DNA of 64,000 nucleotides from a virus. A program made the translations under genes and the position numbers. The notes under the pieces were generated by a model, which worked only from the letters and a program-made list of their open reading frames with translations, made no database searches and was not told the origin of the DNA. The first letter of the stretch is position 1, and each line of letters begins with the position of its first letter. The stretch lies in the IMG/VR virus record IMGVR_UViG_3300046002_001774, positions 7,432-71,431 of that record. One strand, written 5' to 3'. Of this stretch, positions 16,138 through 27,525 are shown one piece after another.

Positions 16138-19100
16138 TTATTTATTTTTCTTTTTTGAAGCTAATACCTTTTGAGTATCTTCGTCAACACGCAAAATAAA
16201 TCCAGCATTTTTTCGCATTGCTCCAGCAACAGTTTCAGCGGAGCCATCGACCACTGTTTCACCAGCATGAGTTTCTCTGTATTTCTTGAATATTTGCTCT
16301 GGTTTTACTGGGTTTTTAACCAAGAAATTGTTTCCTTTTTCTGGCCCAAGCATTACCCAATCGTATGCCTCATGCTCGACAAAATCAGGATTAGCCCTCA
16401 TTTCGTCTCTTGCTTTACGTTCCGCAGTAGACATTGCCGCTTCTTCTTTTGGATCCTTTCCAAAATACAAAGCAAAAATATCTGGATTTTGAGAAAGTTC
16501 AACCGCAGTTACAATATCAAGGTTTTCACCCTCCCTAAAATCTGACGATTCACGCATAACAAGACTTGGATCAAATTTGCCAAACTTAAATGACAATATA
16601 CTTCCAATTGCTGAACCCCTGTCAGAGAATGTATTCCCAATATTATCAGAAATATACAATGATTTGTTATTTTTTAATAATTCATTGTATTCTTTTATAT
16701 TAACATATTTTTCTAATTTTTTATTTGCTTTTTCAATGCTGTTTTCTGCCCAGTTTCCAGTTTTAACATTACTAATTGCCTTTTTAATACTAGAAACTGC
16801 TTTAAATATTTCACCATAAAATCCTTTTGGAGTAATATCTTCTCTTTCTTTTGTAATTTTATTTATTTTTTCATTTATTATTCTAATCTTTTCTGGATCT
16901 TTTTTAGCAGAAGACATTTGACGTTTTAAAGCGGTTATAGCAGAACTCATTGCTGATTTCTCTCCTGCAATAATTCCTGCTTGCATGGATAATGAAATGA
17001 TTTCCTTTTCCCTTTGGCTCAATTTTGATTTTCGCATCATCCTATCAAGAGTCCTTGCGGTTCGCTTGTTTGATTTATGAGCAATTGGATCCATCAAGTG
17101 AACCAAAGCGTATTTCGCTCCATGAGATGCCAACCTATTTTTAGCCCCAGATACAAAGGTGGATGTCATATTTGCCCAGACTGCCTTGTATTTCTTGCCA
17201 TCTGGCCCAGTAATTGTGACTTGGTTTGATTTAAGGAATGGATGCAATGGGCCACCCATATCTCCACCAGTAGCCCTTTGACGATCCGCTTCAAGAAGGA
17301 TAACTGGTTGTCCTTTTAGTTCTTTTATTAAGTCTTTGAACTTTGGAACTTCAAGGTATTCAGGATCGTAAGAGAATGACATTTTTCTTCCACCACCAAT
17401 ATCAATTTCAACATTCGTTGCTTTATCCCATTTAAATCCTTTTGCTGGAGTAACTCCTTTTATGATTGTTGTTTCAAAGTCTGGAAGTGGTTCAGTTTTT
17501 CCAATTGGACGTGCTGGCATGAACTGCAAGCCAGTTGCTCTAGGCAACTCACCCTGAACTGGCTTATCGTTCTTATCGAGGATAGTGATTAGGTTCTCGT
17601 CGAAAATAACGTAGTTGTTAGTTGGTGATGTCTCCGCACTTTTAATTTGTTTTTCAAGAGCAGCGAGTTCTTGTTCGCTTGCAGTTAGCCAGTCTTTAAA
17701 TTGCTTTCGCATTTCCCAATCTTTTGGGTTGTTTTCAAGTGTTTTTCGTAATTGCGCCCCTTCTTTAAGAAGTTCGTCTCGTCGATTGATGTCAGAGGCA
17801 CTTGTTCTGCTCATGCCATCAAGATAACGAATGCCGGGGATGCCAATAGAATTTAAATATTCTGAAGCTTGCTTTTCTCCACCATACTCATCAACCAAAT
17901 TTTTATACAAATCTTGTCCATTCCATTCTCTATTTAAATCTCCAAGAAGTTTAGATTCACTTAAAACATTTTCGCGGATTTTTTCACTCTGTTTATTTAA
18001 AGGCTTATCCCAATCCAGCAAGTCTTCGTCTTTTACGTCGAGATCGACTTTGTAGAGGTTGCCCCCTTTACCTTCGCTTTTTGCCCGTGACGATACTTCG
18101 TTCCAAAGATTTGACCTCTGAGAACCGTCTGGATATGGATTTTGTGCATTAGGTTGTCTTAACCATCTTTCAATAAGTCCTTGGGAATTAATTACTCCGT
18201 CTAAATATCCCGGATATTTTGGGCCAAATGTTACATATAATGTTTCTGGTGCTACTTTTCTTCCATCAAGGGTTGCTTTATATTCAGATAAATTTTCTTT
18301 ATATTTTTCCCCTACACTTCTTGCCTGTCCAAAGTAAAGCCCCCAGCCATAAGCCTGCGCTCCTTCACCAGTGCCAATGTTTTTCAACTTGAACTTATCC
18401 ACTTCATGCGGAGTTCCGTGCCAAGCTGGAAGGAAGTTGATCAACCCTGCGGAGGATACCAATGCATTTGAGAATGGCTTGATAACTGCGTCTGGAGCAG
18501 GTTTTGCGCTGGTGATTATGTCAGAAGATTGTATGCCTTTTTCTGAGATATCAGGTTTCAACTCCATATCAGGCAACATAGCTTTGCCCCTCACAGGAGG
18601 CTCAATTTCACCCAGTGAGAGTGCCTTCGCTCCAACAGCCTTGGTTGGTGCGGAAATTCCTTGTAGGGGGCGTATACGCGCAGAGATCGGCTCGTATTCG
18701 GTGGGTTGCTCCGCTGGCATGAATTGCAACTGACCCCCACGGACTTTACCTGCCATTTCGGGAGTTATGTCTACTCTCCAGATGGGTACAGTATTTCCTA
18801 CAACCTTACCAGTTGCTTCAAGTTCAGCTAATTCTTGAGGAGTCGCATCAGACAAGTCTCCCATGTCTAAATCATCTTCAGTAATCTCTTGTCCAATTTC
18901 ACTTTTCTCAACCTTTCCCCCCATCTTACCAACATACTTGCCAATCTCTTTAGGCAGGATTTGATCGTAAAATCCCTTCATCCCTTCACCACCCACTGTG
19001 AGGTCATCATTAGTTGCAGTTCCAGAGTTTTCAGCAAGGATCTTCGATGCCACTTCTTTTCCTAGCACCTCGCTCAATTGCTTACCATTGGCATCATCAG

Positions 19101-22100
19101 TATCAGAATCGTAAACGGATCCATCATCGTTGATTTTACCTGCTAGTACTGTGTTTCCGTTTTTGATAGCAGCAAACGCTTTTTGATAACCCTTGGGAGT
19201 ATTCCAAGTGATTTCATCGACTGCCTGACGCATTGCTTCCTCGTATCGCTTTACCTGCTCGATGCCAGTAGTCCAGCCAATCCATTTCTTGTCTGAATCC
19301 ACGGCATCGCGCAATGCGCGTTTAAAGAGTTGGATAGACCAGTCTTTGCGGAATGGTGCGTCTGGGATTAAAGATTTATCATTACTTGCATTAATTTTAT
19401 CAGCAAGTTCATACCATCTGGATTTTTCTACTTCAGATAAATTTGAAACTCCACCAAGTTGTTTTGCTTTTTCTGTTAAAGCACTTGATTCATTTATTTC
19501 TTCTTGAGATGCAGCGTACCCCTTCTCCCTACCTGCTTGATGCCTGTCAGACTGCAACTCCTCAATAAAATCCCCCTTGTTACCCTGAGCGTCAGTGCGC
19601 TCGTTGAGACGCATATGCGCTACATAGTTGGGTGTTTCGGGGAAATGGGAGGAGGTGTATGTGGGTATAGTCGGATCTATTTCATTTTCGTATTGATCAA
19701 ATAAGCGGTTTTTTTGATTTTCATTTAAATCATCAAATGACCCAAGATTCATTTCTTCAAACCATTGTTTGAATGGAGGTTTGTTTTGCTTAACAGGCAT
19801 CGTCATCACCACCTCGCGGTAGTTTGTGCCACCGGGGAGTTGTAACCCTGCAAATCTTGGAGGATTAGCCAAGCCTTGTCCTTGTAAATCCAGCTTCTCT
19901 GCCCGTGTATTCAAAAACTCGTTTTCTCTGAAATACTTTTCTGCGGTCTTTTTGTCACCACGTCTTTGAGCTTGTTGAGCCAACTTCATCACTCTCTCTG
20001 CTTCACTGTATAGAGTGTCAGTAGTGCTTTGATCCCTGATATTCATCAATTTGATCAACTCATCGTACTTATCCTCTCCGAATGATGGGTCATCAATTGG
20101 ATGATCTTTGAGGTTTCTGTATTCAGCCTCAAGTTGATTTAACCTATTCTGATCAAATGCTTCCTTGCCACCAAGCGTCACCTCTTCAAATTTAATAGCA
20201 CCCTCGTTGCGAAGGTAATCCATGACCTTGTCTTTTGGAACCTTGCCTTGGTTCTCCGCTGCGAGACGATCAATCTCACCTAGCACTCCAGACCATTTTA
20301 GTTCCTCGGCCTTTGCGTTCTGTGGGTTGTTGACGATTGCCTTGAGTTGATCTGGTGACGCAAATTTACCCTGAACCTTTTCGTCGATGGTCTTTTGAAG
20401 TCCAGAGTACATTCCACGCTCGGAGGTTGGGTATCGTTCCGTTTCTGCCTCAATCGGATCTTCTGGCATGAAGTTGAGTTTTGCTTTCTCATAATCAATT
20501 GGAAGTTTAGGAAGATCGTCTGCATCTAACAATTCTGCCATGTGATCGATTCGCATGGACATAATTGTTCGATCAAGATTCTTGTTTTTAGGATCACCTT
20601 TTCTTTTCGGAATAGTTGTCCTATCTAAATTCAATGCTTGGGTTTCATTGGTAAACAAATTCAAAAAGTCATTAAGAATAGATTTCTTAACTTCTGCTGC
20701 TTGAACATCTGCATCCAATTGATTTGTTCCTATAGGTTGCCCTTGCTTGTCATAACCACTTCCTTCAATTCCCTTTGTCCAGTTGTCTAAATACTTTTTA
20801 GAAAAATCAGACCAAAATGCTTCCTTGCTACCACCCCAAGGATTCAACCTGTTTGGCATACGATCACTCCACAGGTTTAATTTCTCAATCATTCTACCAG
20901 CGGAAATTGTTGTCACCAAGAAGTTGCCATCTTTTGACAAGTGAAGTCCAATTGGCACTACATCATAGATTTTAGGAGAGAATGCCTTGTAGTTGCCTTT
21001 ATCGTCCATTACTGCGGCATAATCGACATAGAAGCGTGTTCCATCTTTCTTAACAATAGCTTCGTTGAGATCCAATAGGTATTTTTTGATCTTTAGAGGA
21101 ACAATACCTTCAGGCAAATCTTGAATAGCCTTAATCTGCATTGGAGTGAATGATCCTCGATATGTTTGAGAACCTTCAGAAACCGCTTCAAATCGACCCG
21201 GTGTGCCGTAATCTGGGGTATCAATTGCCTGTTTGAACAACGATGCCCTATCTTGTTGTAGTTTTTTAAGGTCTTTAGGATTTAATAACTTTGGAGTTAC
21301 ACCATCAACCTCCGTGGCAACTTGCTTGGCAATTGACAATGTTCCACCCTCTGGAACTTGCAACTGACGCAATTGAACTGGGATTTGACCATATCCACTC
21401 AACCTTTCCTCACCATCTTTGCTAATCCTCCACGATCCCTCATAGACAGACGGGTCATTAACGTCAACTGCCGCACCTACTGGATTGCCATCAGCATCGA
21501 ATACCTGTGCAACAACCTTTGTTGCAAACAGACCAGAATCCATTCCGTAGCGTTCTGCTGCTATCTTGCTTTTCTTGATTTCTGCCTTTGAGATTGGTGC
21601 TGCTTGCGGCATCGATGCCATCGTAGAAAAGTCACCATTCATGCTTTGGATTAATCGCACTGCATTCCTAGCAGCAGATTGTGCCTCTGGTGGTAGCTTT
21701 GCATTGGTCAACTCTGAAACAACATCTGAGGATGCACCAAGACCAAGAACCTTGGTCACGGCATTCTTCAACAGATTGTTTTTCATCTTCAATCGAGCGA
21801 CATCGAGCAAATGAAGTTGCTTGGAATCTAGGTTCTTTCCAAGGTTTCTCGATAGGGTATTAGAGAATAACTCAGCAAGAATCTCTTCTTGCATATACGA
21901 TCCAACATCCTTGGCATTTAGTGAGTTTGTGTTGTAGTCCCAAACACCAAGATTTTTAGCAATCTCTGCAACCTGATCCTTTGGTCTGTTTTTAAGGTAG
22001 TCCTTAACGAACATCTCATTGAGTTGCTTTTCAGAATACAACCCGTTTGATATCTCTTTTACAGCACCAGAAGCGTCTTTGATTTCGTTTGTGAAAAGAA

Positions 22101-25100
22101 CCTTTCGAGCGTCACCCATTGCATTCTGAATCTCTGGAATACGAGCGAAGTGGTGACCTGTTTCGTGATTGAGTGCCTCTGTTGGAGTCTCTCCAAAGAT
22201 CATCATGCGATTCTGTAGAGCATCAGAATTTACTACAATGGATGGTTTAGATGTATCGAAAACTAGACCTTTGGCTGCATCAGAAACCTCCATGCCGGGT
22301 CGATACTCATTACCGCCCGTTCCAGAGTAGAAACCTTGCTGAGTTGCACTCATCATCAAATCCTCGTCAGAAACATCCCTGTACTCAGGCTTCTTCCTAA
22401 AATGATCAAAGATTTGCTGTGTAGATAGGATGTGGAATCCAACATTATTCTGTCCAGCCTTCAAACTTCCATTAATCAGCATATTGTTTCTAGCTAATTG
22501 CTGTAGGAAGTTCTTACCAAATTCATTCCTTGTCTGGACATTTGCTGTTTTCAACAAAGACAATGACTTTTGTTCAGCGGACAAAACCTTTTCCGCTTTC
22601 TTGATTTTATCTGGACTTGCCCCTTCCGATTGAAGACCCTGTAAATCACTCTGCGCTTGACCAATCTTGTTCTCTTGACGTTGCAAGACATTAGTCCAGT
22701 CAGTTAATCTATCGATTTCACCCTGTGTTTCTGGACTAGAATCACGATACGCTTTCAATGCGTCCATACTGGCCTGTCTAGACTTTCTAGCAGCAATGAC
22801 TGGATCTTCTCCAAGGAACTTATGGAACCCTTGCTGCATTGCACGTCCACCAAGACTAAATACAAGACCTGATCCAATCATGCCCTTTAACTCTTCCTCG
22901 TCTGAGGAGTCGATCATTCCCATTGAAAGTCCAAGGATCGTTGGTTCAATGCCCATTTTGGCATACTCACCAATGTTGGAAATCAAATCATCACTGGCAA
23001 ACCTCAAGATGTTTTTAGTGGTATCGCTTACCTTGCCAATACCCTCGTAATCGACAACCTCTCCTCCACCTTCTTTGATTCCCTTGGCTTTATCCTTTGC
23101 ATCATCGAGCAACTTTTTAGTGTCGATGTATTCTTCCGTACCCTCTGAAAGCGTTTTTAGTTTTGCAGTAAGATTCTTAACTTCATCCTGCTGTTTTGCT
23201 ATGCTTTCAAGAGTTGCTAATGGCCCCATCTCACCACCAGCAGAAATGCGTCTTGCAGCACTAATTTCTTTTATAACTTTGGGAGCTTGCAACAATGTTT
23301 TAGCACCAAATTTAGCTCCCTTTAATCCCAACTTAGTAGTAATTCCACCAACAACAAGTGATTGCAATGGATTCTCTGGATTAATTTCATATCCCAATGC
23401 GGCCCCAGCTACATACGGAGTGTACCTTGCGATTGTCTGGAATTTTGGACTTCTTTCAAGATATTCACCAGTTGCTTCAATTCCTTTTGCTGTTGCTCCA
23501 GCCGCACGTTCAACTAGACCTGCTGTTTTTTTAGATTCTAGTTCCTTGAGTTGTTTTTCTTTTAAAACACTTTGAGCTTTAGATTCAAGAACATTGATTT
23601 CATCGTCTGTATAACGTAATTTTTTGAGTTTAAGTCTAGCTATTGGAGTTAGTTTTTTTGCTGCATTAACAACATTTAAGGCATAACCAAATGTATCAAG
23701 GCCAAATCCTCCGGGGATAGCTACGTCACCGAATGCTTGCAATTCTGGATCTGTTTCTGGAATTGATTTCTTAGTCTCTTCAATCGAATCAAGAACATTG
23801 GCCTCAATGGTAGCTTTTCGTTTTGACTCAGCTTCCTCCTTGGTCAACTTAGGATCCACTATCATCATCTCTTCCACAGATGGAGTTGATAAACTCGCAA
23901 AATAAGAAAGAGTTGGAAGATACATTCCCATCAATTTCCTTTCAGGAGAATAGATCGGTTTATAAATGTCCATTGCCCTAGCAAATGCACGGGGTTCTTC
24001 ATATGCCATCTTTGCTTTTACTGAATCAAGAAGTTCCCTTGTTTTCCACCTTTCATATGCTTGTTCTTTAGTAAGAAGTCCAAATCGCTCACTTATTGAG
24101 TCCCAAGTTTGAAATCCACCAGTAGCTAATTTTGTTCCCAAGAATGCAAGACTTGGTGGCAAGTCAGCAAGTGGTGCTAGTGTTTCAAATGGAACCTGCT
24201 TTGCTTCCATTCTTTTTTGCTCATACTTTTGATCAAGTGCTTGTATCTGTTCTTCAGTAAGACCCTCTTTTATCTTCTCAAGATATTTAGCGTCTGTGTA
24301 TGCATTAGGATTAGGTTGCTCACCTCCTTTTAGTGGGGTGTTAGCAATTTCCCATGCGCGTTTTCTCCATGCTTGAACTTCTTGCTGTTTTTCTGGAGAT
24401 AGCAATTGTTCAGCTTCTAACCCTTTTGCGTAATCAGATGTTTGACCAAGCAAAAATGGAACACCTTGTTTTACTGCTTTTGCTCCACCAACTAAAACGT
24501 CACCAACAATTTCACTTGCCATTACTGGAACATCTCGACCAAGAAAAGTAACTGATGCTTTTGTTAAATTATAAAAATCTTCTTTAGTTTCTGGAATCTT
24601 ATATGGAGTTGCTTCTCTTTGATAATCAAATATTTTTTGATTTATAATATCATCAAAAATAACATCTGGACGTTGTTTTTTAATTTCACTTAAATCTTTT
24701 CCACTTAAAGTATTTAAGAAATTAACCTCATCCTTGCCCCATTTTTCATCAGGAATATCTTTCACCATTGCCAAAAATTGATTGCTAGGAAGCGAGTAAT
24801 CAACTTCAGGTTCTTTAGGTGGCGTTGGTTCAGGAAGTCGTGATGGACTTGGTTTTGGCAACTCTGCCACTGGTTGACTTATAGGAGATGGTGTAGGGGA
24901 AGGTTGGGGAGTAGCAACTGGTGCTGGAGTAACGGCAACAACGGGTTGAGGTGTTACAGACGGAACTGGAGCGGGTGGAACGGATTCAATAGGGGTTGGA
25001 GTAACAGATGGAACTGGTGCAGGTGTGACGGATGGAACTGGTGCAGGAGTTTCTGGTAGTGCTTCTGGCTTTTCTCCTAAAGCAGCATCAATTTCATCTA

Positions 25101-25194
25101 GTATCGCTTGAGTTGGATTCTTTGGTTCTTGCGCTTTGTCTGTTTGCGCTAGAGCATCATCAATTGTTTTTAACAATTCATTGTAATCACTCAT
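16138..25194 (-). CDS. Giant internal virion / ejection polyvalent protein (3018 aa)
   Basis: End of the ejection module; Pro-rich N-terminal linker; zincin motif ALNHETGHH; FIEELQSD...APF...WTTG domain; WHGTPH...GTGEGAQAYGWGLYF ADP-ribosyltransferase-like polyvalent domain. Confidence 0.75.
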   Translation of the reverse strand: MSDYNELLKTIDDALAQTDKAQEPKNPTQAILDEIDAALGEKPEALPETPAPVPSVTPAPVPSVTPTPIESVPPAPVPSVTPQPVVAVTPAPVATPQPSPTPSPISQPVAELPKPSPSRLPEPTPPKEPEVDYSLPSNQFLAMVKDIPDEKWGKDEVNFLNTLSGKDLSEIKKQRPDVIFDDIINQKIFDYQREATPYKIPETKEDFYNLTKASVTFLGRDVPVMASEIVGDVLVGGAKAVKQGVPFLLGQTSDYAKGLEAEQLLSPEKQQEVQAWRKRAWEIANTPLKGGEQPNPNAYTDAKYLEKIKEGLTEEQIQALDQKYEQKRMEAKQVPFETLAPLADLPPSLAFLGTKLATGGFQTWDSISERFGLLTKEQAYERWKTRELLDSVKAKMAYEEPRAFARAMDIYKPIYSPERKLMGMYLPTLSYFASLSTPSVEEMMIVDPKLTKEEAESKRKATIEANVLDSIEETKKSIPETDPELQAFGDVAIPGGFGLDTFGYALNVVNAAKKLTPIARLKLKKLRYTDDEINVLESKAQSVLKEKQLKELESKKTAGLVERAAGATAKGIEATGEYLERSPKFQTIARYTPYVAGAALGYEINPENPLQSLVVGGITTKLGLKGAKFGAKTLLQAPKVIKEISAARRISAGGEMGPLATLESIAKQQDEVKNLTAKLKTLSEGTEEYIDTKKLLDDAKDKAKGIKEGGGEVVDYEGIGKVSDTTKNILRFASDDLISNIGEYAKMGIEPTILGLSMGMIDSSDEEELKGMIGSGLVFSLGGRAMQQGFHKFLGEDPVIAARKSRQASMDALKAYRDSSPETQGEIDRLTDWTNVLQRQENKIGQAQSDLQGLQSEGASPDKIKKAEKVLSAEQKSLSLLKTANVQTRNEFGKNFLQQLARNNMLINGSLKAGQNNVGFHILSTQQIFDHFRKKPEYRDVSDEDLMMSATQQGFYSGTGGNEYRPGMEVSDAAKGLVFDTSKPSIVVNSDALQNRMMIFGETPTEALNHETGHHFARIPEIQNAMGDARKVLFTNEIKDASGAVKEISNGLYSEKQLNEMFVKDYLKNRPKDQVAEIAKNLGVWDYNTNSLNAKDVGSYMQEEILAELFSNTLSRNLGKNLDSKQLHLLDVARLKMKNNLLKNAVTKVLGLGASSDVVSELTNAKLPPEAQSAARNAVRLIQSMNGDFSTMASMPQAAPISKAEIKKSKIAAERYGMDSGLFATKVVAQVFDADGNPVGAAVDVNDPSVYEGSWRISKDGEERLSGYGQIPVQLRQLQVPEGGTLSIAKQVATEVDGVTPKLLNPKDLKKLQQDRASLFKQAIDTPDYGTPGRFEAVSEGSQTYRGSFTPMQIKAIQDLPEGIVPLKIKKYLLDLNEAIVKKDGTRFYVDYAAVMDDKGNYKAFSPKIYDVVPIGLHLSKDGNFLVTTISAGRMIEKLNLWSDRMPNRLNPWGGSKEAFWSDFSKKYLDNWTKGIEGSGYDKQGQPIGTNQLDADVQAAEVKKSILNDFLNLFTNETQALNLDRTTIPKRKGDPKNKNLDRTIMSMRIDHMAELLDADDLPKLPIDYEKAKLNFMPEDPIEAETERYPTSERGMYSGLQKTIDEKVQGKFASPDQLKAIVNNPQNAKAEELKWSGVLGEIDRLAAENQGKVPKDKVMDYLRNEGAIKFEEVTLGGKEAFDQNRLNQLEAEYRNLKDHPIDDPSFGEDKYDELIKLMNIRDQSTTDTLYSEAERVMKLAQQAQRRGDKKTAEKYFRENEFLNTRAEKLDLQGQGLANPPRFAGLQLPGGTNYREVVMTMPVKQNKPPFKQWFEEMNLGSFDDLNENQKNRLFDQYENEIDPTIPTYTSSHFPETPNYVAHMRLNERTDAQGNKGDFIEELQSDRHQAGREKGYAASQEEINESSALTEKAKQLGGVSNLSEVEKSRWYELADKINASNDKSLIPDAPFRKDWSIQLFKRALRDAVDSDKKWIGWTTGIEQVKRYEEAMRQAVDEITWNTPKGYQKAFAAIKNGNTVLAGKINDDGSVYDSDTDDANGKQLSEVLGKEVASKILAENSGTATNDDLTVGGEGMKGFYDQILPKEIGKYVGKMGGKVEKSEIGQEITEDDLDMGDLSDATPQELAELEATGKVVGNTVPIWRVDITPEMAGKVRGGQLQFMPAEQPTEYEPISARIRPLQGISAPTKAVGAKALSLGEIEPPVRGKAMLPDMELKPDISEKGIQSSDIITSAKPAPDAVIKPFSNALVSSAGLINFLPAWHGTPHEVDKFKLKNIGTGEGAQAYGWGLYFGQARSVGEKYKENLSEYKATLDGRKVAPETLYVTFGPKYPGYLDGVINSQGLIERWLRQPNAQNPYPDGSQRSNLWNEVSSRAKSEGKGGNLYKVDLDVKDEDLLDWDKPLNKQSEKIRENVLSESKLLGDLNREWNGQDLYKNLVDEYGGEKQASEYLNSIGIPGIRYLDGMSRTSASDINRRDELLKEGAQLRKTLENNPKDWEMRKQFKDWLTASEQELAALEKQIKSAETSPTNNYVIFDENLITILDKNDKPVQGELPRATGLQFMPARPIGKTEPLPDFETTIIKGVTPAKGFKWDKATNVEIDIGGGRKMSFSYDPEYLEVPKFKDLIKELKGQPVILLEADRQRATGGDMGGPLHPFLKSNQVTITGPDGKKYKAVWANMTSTFVSGAKNRLASHGAKYALVHLMDPIAHKSNKRTARTLDRMMRKSKLSQREKEIISLSMQAGIIAGEKSAMSSAITALKRQMSSAKKDPEKIRIINEKINKITKEREDITPKGFYGEIFKAVSSIKKAISNVKTGNWAENSIEKANKKLEKYVNIKEYNELLKNNKSLYISDNIGNTFSDRGSAIGSILSFKFGKFDPSLVMRESSDFREGENLDIVTAVELSQNPDIFALYFGKDPKEEAAMSTAERKARDEMRANPDFVEHEAYDWVMLGPEKGNNFLVKNPVKPEQIFKKYRETHAGETVVDGSAETVAGAMRKNAGFILRVDEDTQKVLASKKKNK

Positions 25195-25200
25195 TAGTAT

Positions 25201-26943
25201 TTATTTCCCTGCGTTGTTAGCTTCTACTATTTTTTTCCGTAATTGCATTAAATCTTGTTTTGCCTTAGCTTTTTCTGGACTACCCTCTGGAAGACCTGCT
25301 AATTGCCTAGCTAAAGCAATTGCTTTATTACTATCATTTTCTTTATCTGAAGGTTTTTCCTGATCAAAATATCCTTCTTTAAATCCTTTAACATCAAATC
25401 CAGCTTTTTCATATGCACCAACAGTGCTTTTTGTGCTTCTTCCCAATTTTTGTCTTAATTCATTAAGGATTTGTGCAGCAACTTTGGGGTCTTTTTCAAT
25501 GCTTGGAATTGTTTTAGTATATCTTTCAACATCTTTTTCAGTCAATACACCAACTTCACCAAACACACCCCTAGCTAGACCGGGGATCATTTGAATAATT
25601 TGAGATGTCAACGCTTGAATATCTGCATCATATGGGTTCTTTTTAGCAAAATATCCAGCAACTGGGCCTCTCCACTCTGATGGTATATTATTCAATCTTT
25701 TTTCGATAGAATTCAAATCTTCTGTTGCACCATTAAGTGCAATTATTTTATTAATTTGAGATTCAAGAAGAGTTTTTCCTTCAGATGTTGTGGATTTTTT
25801 CAACTCAGCCAATTCTTTTCCACTCAATCGTTTTGGAATATTTACCCTATATCCAACGTCTCCATTTTTATTTTTAAACTGCGTAATTTCTGGATAAGCA
25901 TATTCACTGCCCATGATTTCAGCAACCTTTTCAGCGGCAGATGATGCTACGCTTGGATCTGCCCAAGCCTGAACATATCTGCTTATGTCTTTTCTTGTTG
26001 GTTTTTCTGTAGCTTGAGATGCCTGTCCTACTGGAATAGCTTTCTCAACACGAACAGGGGCCACATCTCGCATTGGCTTATCAAATTGGTATCCTACTCC
26101 AGATGGAACTGGTTCCATTTTTTCATCTCCAGAAAATTCAGTCATTTTACCAGAGAATTCAGCCCTCATCTTTTTTGCTTCTTCTGGAGTATAAAGACCA
26201 CGGAATTTTGACATTAATCCAAATCTAGGTTCCTCTGGTGCTGGGGCTGGGGCTTGAGTGTCAGTAGACATTACCTGACCTGCTGGAGTGAGTGTTCCAG
26301 CACCCATCGATGCCAATGCTTGCTCTTGCTGCGCTCCAGCAGTTCCAGCACTTGCTGTCAATTCAGCCAAAGGAGTGTTCCACAATGCAGCAACTTTTTC
26401 TTGAGTTGGGTTAATTTGACCTAAAAAATCAGAGCTTTCAACCTCGTTTATATTAAACAAACTAGATCCACTTGAACGATCTGCGTCTTGATTGGTTGGC
26501 AAATCTGAATCACCTATAGGAGTTTCATCTTCAAAACTACCATAGTTAATAGTTTCCTCCCCCTTGTTTCCACCTCTTTCATTAACTCTGTTTTCAAGAT
26601 CTTTATATCTTAAATCCTCCATCAGTAACTCTCTTGCAGTCTTTGCTGCACGAATTCCAGCAATCTTTTCTTCTTGTTCATACTTTCCTTTAAGTAATGC
26701 TGTTGCTTTTTTCTCGTCTTCTTTATCCTTAAATGTCTTGATGATAGGTTCAGCGAACGCTTGGAAACCCTTTGCAGCACCCATGCTGACTAACTCCTGC
26801 TGCGCGGAAGGAACCTCGTACTTGGGCATTGGAGTAAACGATACGCTTACTCCAACGTCGAGAGGTTTCAACGCAGAAAGAGGACTCGCTCCAAGATTTG
26901 CGGTCTGTGGAGTGTACGAATAGCCACCAGTGGGTAGTGCCAT
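25201..26943 (-). CDS. Internal virion / DNA-transfer protein
   Basis: Synteny; helical C-domain LARGVFGEVGVLTEKDVERY. Confidence 0.6.
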   Translation of the reverse strand: MALPTGGYSYTPQTANLGASPLSALKPLDVGVSVSFTPMPKYEVPSAQQELVSMGAAKGFQAFAEPIIKTFKDKEDEKKATALLKGKYEQEEKIAGIRAAKTARELLMEDLRYKDLENRVNERGGNKGEETINYGSFEDETPIGDSDLPTNQDADRSSGSSLFNINEVESSDFLGQINPTQEKVAALWNTPLAELTASAGTAGAQQEQALASMGAGTLTPAGQVMSTDTQAPAPAPEEPRFGLMSKFRGLYTPEEAKKMRAEFSGKMTEFSGDEKMEPVPSGVGYQFDKPMRDVAPVRVEKAIPVGQASQATEKPTRKDISRYVQAWADPSVASSAAEKVAEIMGSEYAYPEITQFKNKNGDVGYRVNIPKRLSGKELAELKKSTTSEGKTLLESQINKIIALNGATEDLNSIEKRLNNIPSEWRGPVAGYFAKKNPYDADIQALTSQIIQMIPGLARGVFGEVGVLTEKDVERYTKTIPSIEKDPKVAAQILNELRQKLGRSTKSTVGAYEKAGFDVKGFKEGYFDQEKPSDKENDSNKAIALARQLAGLPEGSPEKAKAKQDLMQLRKKIVEANNAGK

Positions 26944-26946
26944 AGG

Positions 26947-27462
26947 TTATACCCCACCAAATGTTAGTCCAGATGCGGAAGGAACTGCGAATTGGTTTAC
27001 ACGCGAAGTGCCACCACCCGCTCCTTGGTTAGCCATTGCCGTTGTCATTGCAGGATTAACCATAGTTGGGTTTGGTACGTTAGCACCAGTGGATGGTAAA
27101 ACACCAGATGCCGCTCCGAGATTTGAAAGCGCACCAGCACGGGCAGTGTTGATGTCGTAGCCAGTTCCTGTCGCGGCTGCTCCTGCACCTTGTGCCGCAA
27201 GCAAGCTACGTTGACGCGCAGCGGCATCCTCTGCTGCCTTTAGTGCATTCATGCCACCAATGGACTGCTGTGCGCGTTGTGACCCCTCACGCGCAAGCAT
27301 CGACGCTTGCTGGTTTTGGGCTTCGATCATAGCGTTGCGTTGAGAAAGATCCGTTTCGCGTCTAGCGCGAGCGGACTCTTCTCTATTTTGACGCATTTGC
27401 TCAAGCAACACTGGTGTGTTGTCTGGTGCTGGTGCTGGTTTGGGCATTCCTCCTCCTCCCAT
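26947..27462 (-). CDS. Small ejection (pilot-like) protein, MGG start
   Basis: MGGGGMPKPAP, Gln/Ala coiled coil, Gly/Ala-rich. Confidence 0.6.
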   Translation of the reverse strand: MGGGGMPKPAPAPDNTPVLLEQMRQNREESARARRETDLSQRNAMIEAQNQQASMLAREGSQRAQQSIGGMNALKAAEDAAARQRSLLAAQGAGAAATGTGYDINTARAGALSNLGAASGVLPSTGANVPNPTMVNPAMTTAMANQGAGGGTSRVNQFAVPSASGLTFGGV

Positions 27463-27525
27463 AATATTACTCCTTAATTTTAATGTTAATTGTTTGGTTG
27501 TTGTTAGTGAAATACATTTAATATT

